This document shows positions 27,257 to 39,742 of a stretch of 64,000 nucleotides of DNA, one piece after another. Source of the stretch: Chrysomallon squamiferum (Eukaryota > Animalia > Mollusca); NCBI GenBank assembly GCA_012295275.1, contig CM022670.1, forward strand, positions 34,720,001-34,784,000, given 5' to 3'. The position numbers were made by a program, and so were the translations under genes. How positions within the stretch are numbered: the stretch's first letter is position 1; each line of letters opens with the position of its first letter. The notes beneath the pieces are model-generated. The model had not been told where the DNA came from, ran no database searches, and was given only the letters and a program-made list of their open reading frames with translations.

Positions 27257-27815
27257 CTGAAAGAATTTTAACAACGTAGAAAATATAAAAATATTTATAA
27301 TCAATAAAATAAAACAGAAGGTTTTGATTATGTATTCATGTTTCAATGAACAGCAAACAACAGATTATATAATTAATTGCCAACCTTGGAACATCAAAAT
27401 AAAGATGAAGTAAACGAAAAGATAACAAAAAATAAAAAGATTGAACAAAACAGAAAGCCTAATAAAGCATGTAAAACAAGTAAGGTACGAACTAGAAACC
27501 TGCTTCTAAACATTCCAGCCCATAAAAATTCAGTTAATGTATTGATGACAACACTAAATGGGTGAGTGAGAAATACCTTTGAAGCACTATGGTAAAAACA
27601 ACATCATGCATACGGAAAATATTTTCTCATCTGATAATGTTTTCTAAACAACTGATGTGTGAAGAAGAGGCACATTACTGTAATGAGTGTGATCCAGTCA
27701 CCTAACGACACCAGTGTTCGTAATGACGACATCAAATGGATCTGACAGTAAGTGGTTCAATCCATTTCAATTAATCTTTTTAAATATTTTATTTCTTTTT
27801 TACTTAGATGATTTC

Positions 27816-27849
<34 letters not shown>

Positions 27850-28676
27850 TTCATTTATAATAATGACTGAATCACTTACTGTCAATTATTATTGCTTTTT
27901 AGTAATAAACTAAATGAAAGGTGATAAAAGGGCAGATAAATTCAGTATGATAATATTTAAAGAGCTTTTTTAATTTATTTATTGTCTTTAAAAAACTGTT
28001 TAAAACTATCTGAACATTCAAGAAAACTAAAAAAAAAAAAATAAAAAAATAAAATAAAATAAAACCCCACCCAATAAAAACCACAAAGAAAATATCAAAA
28101 AAGTAAAAAAAAAAATAAAAAATAATAATAATTTTACAAAATAAAAATGAAAATATCACTAATAAATAAATAGAAATATATATATAAATTGATTATTTAA
28201 TTTATATCTGATCTTGACTATATTTAAAGTTATGGTTCTCATGTTATTTATTATTGTATGAAAAAGAGACAGAAGGTAGAATCATTATTGAAAAAACAGA
28301 AGTAAAGCCTCCAATGTATAAATAAATAAAACAATAAACAAACAAAACAATTATGACAAATGAATGCAAAAATAATGTGACTCATACATAAAGAAAATAT
28401 GTGTTTTTTTTTACCTCTTTTGACATTTATAACAACAACCACAACAATAACAATAAATATTTTTAAAACTGTATTTCTTTCCTTAACACTTAAATAAAAT
28501 TTAAATATTCTAGTTCTGATTGAAAAACATCAACAATATAAAAAAAATGCCTACTTACATAAATAAACAAAACAATGCATCTTGTTTCAGTTATCATTAC
28601 TACATGCATGACATCCACACAACATCAACATCAACATCTACATTACCTAACAGCAACATAAATATACTTTTTTTTC

Positions 28677-28714
<38 letters not shown>

Positions 28715-28983
28715 GCAAAATAATTCTTGGCAATATTCTCTATTTCCTTGCCAATTTCCTGCTTTGACAAAAAGAAATATGAATACTGAGACAATGTTTT
28801 TCTGAGATCAAGGAATAAAATTTAATCCTGCAATACAAAGCAAAATATTGACACTGTTTTAAAAGAGAAAAATCAAAAATGGGTCTAATATTGTCATCTT
28901 AAAAGATTTTTTTCAGAAGGAAATGTTATATTCCCGGAAGTAAAACATCATGTCTTTGATTTTAAAAAATAGATAAATAAATG

Positions 28984-29028
<45 letters not shown>

Positions 29029-29677
29029 AAATAAAAATATAAAAATAAATTAAGAAAAAATGTATACATTAACAACAACAACAACAACAACAATAATTAT
29101 ATATTACAACTGTGGAAATGTGAAATATTTACATAAATTGCACTTGTAAAAATTGAATGTGACACATACAATCACATTGTCAGACAGTTTGTAAAACAGT
29201 TTTACTACAATGAAGGAATCTGTTAGCTTGATACAACAAAATTGTGATTTTCCAATATTTGCAAATGTTCAGATAAAGAATTTCAGTTGTTTTATCTCAA
29301 AAGCAGATATTAATACTCAGTCTATTTTATTTTGAGAAGATTTGAAGAATTTTTTCATGAATTGTGGTAAAAAATATTAAAAAAAAAAATCACTCAAAAT
29401 CTTCAAATCCCCAATCCTCAAAAAGAAAAAAAGAAAGAAAAGAAAACATCAACTGAAACTGTAAGATTCATTAAAATAAATATACTTTTTAGAAAAACAC
29501 CAATAAAAAAAAAAAAAAAAAAAAACAAAATCAAAAAAATTAATCAATAAGATATATATATATATATATATAAAAACACATCTAAAATGTTGAAACATTT
29601 CCTCATCTAAGAAAAATAAAATAAATAAAAACTAAATAGCTTTTTATAATTTTATGATGATGATGATGATGATGATG

Positions 29678-29743
<66 letters not shown>

Positions 29744-30752
29744 TTCAGGTTGTGGTTTGGGAAATAATCTTGTGGGTATACAGATATAAATTGATATTTC
29801 AATGCCTTGGAAAAAAGAAAACTGAGAGAAGTGACATGTTAGATGTTGTAACAAATATTACGTGACAGACACATCTTGTCCTGTCAGGATTGAACAGACT
29901 CAGTCATTCTGTTGACAAATATTATTTTTAAATTTTTATTTTATTATTGACATTTTCAAAAAGGCAAAGGATTAAATTTGCATTTTCATCCTTTTGTTGT
30001 GTTTGAATGAAACAAACAGTTTTGTTTTCAAAGAAAGAATTCAAAAACATTTAAATTTTTTTTTTCTCTGTTCCTTCCTTCTTTGTATTTTTATTTTTTT
30101 TTTTTTTTATTGATTCCTCCATTTCTATTTTCTAACTTTATTTTCTTTCATTCTTTCTTTCTAGATTTTTATATACTAATATTTCATTCTTTATTTATTT
30201 GTCAATTTTATTTATTGATTGATTCTTTCATTCATAAATTTATTCATTTATAATTACATTTAATTCTTGATTATTTTGAAGCTTTTTCATCTATTTATTT
30301 ATATTTCTAATTTTTTTTTTTTCTTTCTTTCCTTCCTTCCTTCTTTCTTTCTCACTTTATTACTAAGTATATTGCCCAAGGCAGAGAACTCTGTTAATAA
30401 ATCAATAACTAAGTGGAAGGTGTGTATTGATTATGTAATGATGTAGAAATATTCAAACTGAGATCAAAGTGAAGGTGAAGTTAAAAACAGTTTACTGTGA
30501 ATGTGTGGCAGCCATTTGACTTACTAATGACCCAGGCAGACCGTTTTTTCAGCTAATTAAGTAATTTATATTACTGTTGTTATTGACATTTTTAAAATTA
30601 TTATTGTTGTTGTTGTTGTTGTTGTGGCTATTGTTATTGTTACTGAATAATTATTAAAACCTACAAACACAATTCAGACTGTTCATAGCCACGAACTTGA
30701 TACAAAACCTTGATGAATAATTAATAATTGTTTATTGTGCAGGCAAAGACTA

Positions 30753-30784
<32 letters not shown>

Positions 30785-31209
30785 TATATATTTAAGTATG
30801 CATTTATTATATTTTATTTTATTTTATTTTATTTTTTTTTTTTTTATTTTATTTTTTTTACTAAGAAATCTTGTGAAAATAACAAAAGATTACTGTATGT
30901 AAAATATACTTCATGAAAATGTAAACAAAGAAAAGATTTAAAATAACCTGAAACCAAACAGAAATTCCTCATCCATTCTTTTAAGAAAACAGGTATGATA
31001 TAATAAACTTTAATAAAACTGTTTTTTTTGTTGTTCTTTTTTCTATAGATTAATTTTAATGCACTATGTTACTTTAAGTGGACATTATACAAATATGAAA
31101 ATATTTTCTTCTTCTTTCTATGAGAATAATTTGAAAAAGATATGACTTACATTATGAATGTAATCTTCCAAACATTGAATTAAGATTTATATTTTAGTTT
31201 TTTGTTTTC

Positions 31210-31490
31210 TGCAAGATTAATTTTGAAAAGGATATAGTTTAAAATAAAGGTGAGAATAATAAAAATATTAATATTATATTTAATTTAATTTTTTTTTTAC
31301 AAGATTAATTTTGAAAAGGATATATTTCAAATTATTTTTTTCTTCTTAATTTTGAAAAAGATATAGCTTAGAGAATAACTGTAGGTGAGAATAATATAAA
31401 TATTATATATTAAATTTATTTTAATTTGTTTTTACAAGTTAAATTTTGAAAAGGATATAGTTTAAAATAAAGGTGAGTATAATATAAATA
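31210..31490. repeat. Short degenerate tandem duplication (3-4 copies)
   Basis: caagattaattttgaaaaggatatagtttaaaataaaggtgag recurs. Confidence 0.7.
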
Positions 31491-32321
31491 TTAATTCATT
31501 TATTTTTTTCTTCTTTCCATAAGGTTAAATATTAATTAATCTTTATTAGTAAGCGTTTACCAATATGCTTTTATTTATTTATTTATTTATTTACTTAATA
31601 CTGTTTCATTTCATTACTTTTATTTATTTCTAACATGATCATGTATTTATGAAATAAAATTTGTTCATAAATTTTTTTTTTTTTTTGTTTTAAATTATTA
31701 ATATTTAAAGTTTTCTGAGGATGTAGAAAAAATGGAAGAAAAAAGAAAGAAACAAGTATAATAATAAAGAAATAAAAACTAATTTGTAATTTTTTTAAAT
31801 ATATTTCATGTAGTTTATTACCTATGCATATTATATTTATTATGAACTATAACTGTTTATAACTTTGTATTTGCCTTAGTTCTTATTTTTGTTGTTAATT
31901 TTTTAATATATTTTTTTTTTTCACTTTATTAAGTTTGTATTTAATAGTACTAAAGGATGTATTTTAACATATTTTTTATATCTTTATAATTTTATATCAA
32001 CAATTAATTTGTCTGATATAATAATAACAATAAATTAAAATCATTAAAGTATCACAATAGAAAAAAAAAGTTAAAAATTTATTTCGGTTTTTAAAAATTT
32101 GAAACAAATTGATTGTCAGTATTTTATAACTAATAATAAAAAATAAATATTTATTTCGGTTTTTAAAGTTTACTGATTGTCAGTTTAAAACACACGCACA
32201 AGCACGCACGCACATGCCGCACGCACATGCACGCACGCACAAGCACGCACGCACAAACACGCACAAACACGCACACACAGTCACACACACAATCACGTAT
32301 GTATATAAATATTTTACTTAC

Positions 32322-32700
32322 CTACACTAAGAAACGATCTGTCGTAAAAATCTGATATATAAATTAATCACATTCTAACATCTCTCGTGTTTTGAAAAAA
32401 ACCCAGCTCCGTTCACTTCAAAGTTTCACCATCTTGTAAGTCCTTAATCACCACACACACACACCCACACACACACACACACAAAAACCTGGCAGTGGAA
32501 GAAACGGAAAATATTACGAGCCAACTTTCCAACGTTGTTAAGCCGAGTCTTTGCCAACATTTCCCTGCCTAGTTATAACAGCTGAACGTGCGTAGTAAAC
32601 TGGGGGTAATTAGTGCCGTACGGAGATCAGTTTATTCGGATTACACGGGTTCCTGTTCGCCTGTAAGACTTTATAACACGCACAAAGAGAGGTGTCACGA
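32322..32700 (-). promoter_or_regulatory. Probable first (non-coding) exon and CpG-containing promoter of the ABCC gene
   Basis: Perfect minus-strand TAG|GTAAGT donor at 32321; YY1-like CAAGATGG at about 32430; coincides with an abrupt rise in CpG density. Confidence 0.5.
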
Positions 32701-32994
32701 AAGGTAACCAGATTATAAATAGGTTGATATTAAAGACATAAACAAATACAGACCTCGAGTTACCTGACGCGTTGAACAAAATTAAAAAATGCAGGAAGTT
32801 TTTCTCATGTGTTTTGAAGTGCCTGGAACGCAGCCTAATAAATTAACCTTTATTTAATAAGCTATAAAGCTCTGTACAGTTAGATCCCGTTCAAAAGGTA
32901 ACCAAGCAGAAGAAAGGAATTAGATACAGTGAGTGTGTGTGTAGCGCGTTTGTCATAAAATAAAATACTGTATCAGTAGATTCTGTTTTTATAT

Positions 32995-33072
<78 letters not shown>

Positions 33073-33629
33073 AAAGACGAAAGTCTGAAAAGTAAAAAAA
33101 AGATATAAAGAAAATGAGAAGAAAAAATATACAGAGAGAGGAATACTTTTTTTGCTGGGTTCTTTAAAACAGTTCGGGTATTATGTTCCTGTATTAACAT
33201 ATATATAACTGTTTTCTGTATACATGTTTAAAAATAATTATATCTTACTGTTCATTGTCATTGTATATAATAGTCTTACTGTTATACAGACTCCTATGAA
33301 CAGTAATAAAATTCATTACTTTTGAAACTGATTTTACAAAAGTGGAAGTTTTACATGTTAGTTTTATACAGCCGCGATAGAATTTAGTTTCCATTTTTAT
33401 TTTCCTGAAATATCGAACGAACTTTCGCGTTTAAAATATGAGTGGGTTTGATACTATGTTATGAAAACTAATAGCAAAAAAAAAAAAAAAAAAAAAAAGA
33501 ATAAAAAGGAAAAAGAATAAATAATAAATAACGTAAAATAATAAAAGTAGTTACTGAAACAATAAAATAAAAAAGTAAATAAATAAATAAATATAATATA
33601 ATATTAATCACAATAAATGGAAAAAGGCT

Positions 33630-33674
<45 letters not shown>

Positions 33675-34909
33675 AAAGACCTAAACGTCTACCACTTAAG
33701 AAAGTAACTTTTGACAGACAGGTCTGTTAAAGAACGCACTGAGTTTTTGTTACTTGAAACTTTTCTATCAAATCGTTGAATATAGCGAGCCATACTTGAC
33801 TGCCAAGCCACAAAAGAAACAGTCTGTGTAGAGGTTTGGACCACTGAATTAAAAATGCACTGAGAGATTGCTTCGTCAAACGAAAAGAAAGGCTTGGGAC
33901 TTTGATATGAAAAGAAGTAAATCCAACAAGATGACAGTAATAGAACATAATAGCTCACAATACGACATACCGGGTTACAATTCTATTGAAAGGTAGTCAG
34001 ACATATGTTTAATTCTTACAATGGTTTATTTATGTATAGTTGTTATTTTTTAGATATATTTCTTTTCTTTCTTCCTTACTTTTATTTTATATATATATAT
34101 TTTTTTAAATAAAATTTATATATGAAAAATGCATAGTAAAGCAATAAGATTATTGTTTTGTACCAAAATGTTGATTAAAGAAGAAATCTGAGAGGGATTT
34201 GATTCATGTTAACTCAGTTTTCTAAAAAATAACAGAAATAAATGTTTATTTCGTTTAGATTTGTTCTTATTCAGAGGTAAATGATATATTGTTTTTTATT
34301 ATACATACATCTCACACATGAATACGTACATATATATATATATATACAAACTGGGCTTCAGTAACGATTGTTACATTGAGAGCGAATTTTCTAATGGGAC
34401 ATTCTCATCCGGGATAATAATTATTAAATGTTGATACCTGAAAAATGGCTTTTTGGCATTTTAAATAATATTTGATTGCAATACTTTTATAAATAAATAA
34501 ATAAATAAAAATGTAAATAAATAAATAAATAAACAATTGCAAATTACATAGTAAAACATTAAGAAATGTTTAGTTACCCTTTTGCGTGCGATACAAAATA
34601 AAACTTTGTAAAATGGTAGAAGTCTTTAAACAGCGATATCATCTGGTGAAGTTACTGTTTCGGCTTCTTGGTGTACGTCTAAGTGTCTGTGTGTGCGTGT
34701 GTCTTCGTGTGTGTGTGTGCGTGTGCGTGTACTTTATTTACATGTATAACCGATCATAATTTTATGTTCAAACGAAATTAAAATACGTTCAGTCTTTTAA
34801 GATTTATTGATGAAACGTTAAATAAAAAAAAAATAAAAAAAGTAACTCAGCTTGTATGGACTATTTTGATGAATGTCAAACAGCTTTTAGTTTCTGTTTT
34901 AGAAGTTTT

Positions 34910-34994
<85 letters not shown>

Positions 34995-35692
34995 TATTAA
35001 TAATAATAAACATAATAATAAGTTTTTATTTTAAAATAATTACAAAATGAGATATATACATTTATTGTTCATACACTCCATTGTAAAAATAATACACAGA
35101 AAAAGTAAATGATTTGCTAAGCCAATGCTTGTTGCAGTTATTAAAAAAATATTACAAAAAAATGAATTAATTTACATGACCATAAATCGGAATAAAAACA
35201 TTTATTAATACTCGGTTCAAAACAAAAATGAAATGTTCTGTAGATTAATTTTCTATTTGATACCTAAACTTTCCTTTTATAAATCAACCTGGAAATAGTA
35301 TTAGAAATTTTTGTATTTCAAGGTTCATTAATTTAACGCATGTACACTCATACGTGAACACATTAACTGCTTGTTAAACTTACCTATAAAGATTTTATTG
35401 TAATTAAATCTGATTTTAAGGTTTAGCAGTCAATGGATAAACGCTACAATTACATTCAACTGAAATGAAAACGCATGTCAGTGATCATTTTATTACAGGA
35501 CATAAAAAACGGAATCACATTCACGTTTCTCTTTTAAAAAGACGAGTCAGAACATGGTGTTAATTAATAGTTCATATATCCAATTGTTAATCCAATGTAC
35601 GACGGATATATATACATACATTCATACACACACACATACATACACACACACATGTATACATACATACATACATACATACATACACACATACG

Positions 35693-35724
<32 letters not shown>

Positions 35725-35749
35725 TACATACATACATACATACATACAT

Positions 35750-35790
<41 letters not shown>

Positions 35791-35792
<2 letters not shown>

Positions 35793-35950
35793 GGTTGTCC
35801 CATAAAATTCCATACATAGGAAAAATAAACGTTTTTATATGAAAAACCATTTTTATTTATACATGCTCTACATGACTGCCATTATGTTGAATCACAGCTG
35901 GAGTTTTGCTTGTAATGGCGTTGGTGATACGTTGCTTGAGATGAAAGCGT
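35791..35950 (-). mobile_element. Tc1/mariner-superfamily transposon 3' remnant (internally deleted transposase C-terminus plus TIR)
   Basis: Minus strand reads HLKQRITNAITSKTPAVIQHNGSHVEHV*, resembling the L..RI..AI..ITP / ..GGHFEHL* ends of mariner-like transposases; ends in the TIR-like CAGGTTGTCCCATAAA. Confidence 0.6.
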
Positions 35951-36149
35951 ATTTATGAAACTTATGGGAATATATATATATATATATTCGTATAACTTTC
36001 GTTCACAAAGAAAATTATAACTCTGTGTCTCTTTCTTATTTCATTTAACATAAATACACAAAAACACATACATAAATACATAGTCACGTGCACACTCATA
36101 AACATACACGTATATAAATACACACACACATACGGAGTCACACATACAC

Positions 36150-36352
36150 AGACTAACACACACTCATAAACATACCCGTATATATATACACATACACAGA
36201 CTAACACACACATATACAGACTGACACACACCTACACAGACTAACACACACATATACAGACTGACACACACCTACACAGACTAACACACACATATACAGA
36301 CTGACACACACCTACACAGACTAACACACACATATACAGACTGACACACACA
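36150..36352. repeat. 38-bp tandem repeat (cagactaacacacacatatacagactgacacacaccta) x4-5
   Basis: Tandem copies seen directly. Confidence 0.85.
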
Positions 36353-37695
36353 CACATACACTGTGACTCATCAGTTGTCATACACCTCTGTCTCTTACAA
36401 CACCTACACTCATTCTCTGACACACACACATTCACTTTTGTCATGAACTGCTTACAATCTCATTCATTTTTCTTTTTCTTTCTTACATCCACTTTCACAT
36501 CCAAATTCAAATCCTTTTACGTTCTGATAACAATAAACTGACCATTATAAAGATTCCCACTTTATGTTTAGCAGTTTTCATAACAGAATCAATATTTCGT
36601 TGTTTTAAACAATAAAAATGACAAAACCTCTGAAAATCTTTCAATGACCACACTACAACAACAACAACAACAACAACAACTAAAGTAACACTGAAAGCAG
36701 CGCCAACAAACGAAGGGGAAAAAAGTAAGGAAAATTAACTTTCCCTTTTCACTTACAGAATTAATATGAAAATGTACATCTAATTGCACATATTTTTGGA
36801 GGTGTTAATTTATGTTTTAGGTTCAGATACTTGTTTTATCAATCTGTAGAAATACCCTGAACTCAAACGTTGTTGATCGTAAAAACACATCAATCATCGT
36901 TTTTTCAAAAATGACACGAATTTAAACGAAGTAACAAATGACGCGATTAGACAAACTGCTCTCTTCAACCCTAAAAGCGACATTAACTACAGAACTAAAA
37001 CTGTGATTACTGTTGTTTTCACCAGAGGCTTTTACGCACTTAATTCACGTAACAATAACACCACCGTGACTGTTAAAATATTTATAGTAATACGAGCAAA
37101 ATTAATAGCATAGATATGATTTATTTACCTCTGTACAATAGTTTGATTTGTTAATTTAGATAGAGAATGCTAGCGGATTGCTTGAAACGGGAGACTAGAT
37201 CACTCGGCGTATGAAGGATAAGTGATCTATCCTGTAATTCTATTCTGTTGTTTACTTATTTATTATTATTTGTTACTCCAGGACCAATTTAAAATGACAA
37301 AAAAACACAGCAGTAGCTGGGTTCCATGTCGCTCACAAAATGTTCATGATCTCGAAGGTGTCTTTATAAATGTCGTTAACTACGACATCGTTACATTAAT
37401 ACAACGTCCAACCCTGTTTGTTAAAGGTTTGTCGTGACAAGAACGGTTTGCACTGCATGTTTTGTGAACTACCATCATTTTATGAAATACGTATGTTGTA
37501 TGTTTCTTTCTTTTTTTCTTTTATTTCATTTAGTCATTTGTTTTATTGTATACTATCGAACTTTGGTTTTCTATATATTTTTACTTATTTATTTATTCAT
37601 TCATATATTTTTTTTAGTATGTATGTATGTTAGTATGTATGAAAATATGTATGTATGGGTATATGTATGTATGTATGTATGTACGAATGTAAGTA

Positions 37696-37730
<35 letters not shown>

Positions 37731-38755
37731 TTATTTATTTATTTGTTGTTTTCCTCTATTTTACATATATTGGCTTATTTATAATATTATAAATATATTT
37801 TTAAATAACTATTTTAAATTTATTTCTTGTCCTTTCCTCTTGCGCGGGCAATGGTCACAAACAAACATTAGTTCTGTAGTAAAGACAGTAAGAACACAAT
37901 GATTCCCTTTGTTACGACAGACTTTAAACGACATTATAACGAAACGAACCTTTTAGCTAACTGTCGATGACTCCGTCGGTATGTCGGTATGTTTGTCATT
38001 TTAGGACGTCGTTATAGACTATCTACAAACATCTTATGGAAATATGTCCAAATAGATTCAACATTGACAACAAATGAAATTTAGCGATTTGCAAAACAAG
38101 TTTTGTCAGATTATAGATTTCTTTTGCAAAATAATTTCTATATAGATCATCCGAACAAAACCAGCGTGTCATTAATCAGCTACATATTTGCCACTAATCA
38201 AGGGTGACACTACTTTTAATATTTCTGTCTGTTTAGAACAAAAAGAAGACCGCATAATGGAAGCAATTTCCGTTTTGCTGGACAAGGCAAATAAGACGTG
38301 AATATCGAATTCCATTGTCGTTCAGTGAAAATTCATTTCTAATAATTTGTCACGGGGACTGAACTGTGTAAAAGTGATCGCTTGTAATTAGTGTTCGTCT
38401 CTTTATAAAGGAGAATTGACGATGTTGACAGTTGTGTAGTTTTCATTGGAGCGGTCAATAGAGAGAGCAGCAGCCGTCGTATCGATGATGTAATACGATT
38501 ACGTCAATCAGTTCATTGTAAATGCTGTACATGTGTGCGGAAACAAAAACATATATTATACAGCAGCACGGAGAAAGTATAACGAAATTTGGCTAAAAGA
38601 CAAACAGAATAATTCTTAATCAGGCTGTTTAAAATTGTGACATTTGGTGGTTTGTTTGAAACGAAGGAGTCATTTTTTTAGAAGCATTCTTGACAACAAC
38701 AGCTAAAATTTTTTAATTCTGTTTTAACTGAGGTGAAAGAATACTTTGACGAATA

Positions 38756-39742
38756 ATGTCATTCTTAGGGACTCTAACGTACATTATTGGTGTTTTCATT
38801 GCAATATCAACAGCAGAATTCACGGCAGAGGATTTACCCAAGTCTGACAAATCGCCTTTCGATGACTTGACAAGAAACCACTCGAGACTGGACCTGGTTT
38901 CGCAGATGCTTGTCGTCATGGAGCTGTACTGTCGAGAGAGCTGCTTCAAGAACTTTACATCCGAAGAAGTCGTTCGCAACTCGTTGTGTGCTTACTGCTA
39001 CTGCGACGACGAGTGCTACAAATACGGGGACTGCTGTCCGGATAAATATATCCACGAAAACAAGACGAGGGAAAACACACTCGACGTGGGCTGCGTCAGC
39101 GTCAACCTGAAACGCCCGTTGTCTCCGTTCTACTACATGATCACGTCGTGTTCTCGGGCAGAGTTCACAGACTTGTGTTCAACGAACATCACGTCTACTC
39201 TGATTGCCGCAAATGCCGTCACGGACTTGAAATCAAACATAAGCTACAGAAACAAGCACTGCGCCGAATGCCACAACGTCCTTGATTTCAAACCGTGGAC
39301 CATCAACGTCAACTGCGAAAATTACAGCGTCTTCGTAAGAGCCGAAAGCTTTCTGGAGATTTTTCACATGGGACTGGATGAATACGGCTGCAACGTTGAC
39401 ATGGTTCCAGGCAAATCTTTGCACCCACGTCAGTGCTCGCCTTATTCCGAGAGCATGACGGACACGTGTAATGTTACTGGAAAATGGCGTCAGAGAAACG
39501 AGAAGCTCATTGTTGGCTGTGATATGTTTTTCTATCCCGTGAAGAAAGGCTCGTACAAAAACATTTTTTGCTACGTGTGCAATACTGACAAACCGTGGAT
39601 TTTCATCATGGAGGAAACGGAGAACGAGAAGAACATCCACGGGTTTCCGCTCACAGCGCTTTTCGATTTCGATGACAGCGACATCTACCTGAGCAAATCA
39701 GAGAAAGCTTGTCCCGACAAACAGTTCTTAGATTCGTACAAC
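38756..39742 (+). CDS. GPCR exon 1 (signal peptide, SMB-like and Cys-rich ectodomain)
   Basis: 329 codons of ORF 38756..39835 ending at AAC|GTAAGT. Confidence 0.88.

Noticed and set aside
39233-39640. 135-aa antisense ORF within the GPCR exon, and similar antisense ORFs over ABCC and TEP exons
   Set aside because: Shadow ORFs arising from codon bias on the coding strand
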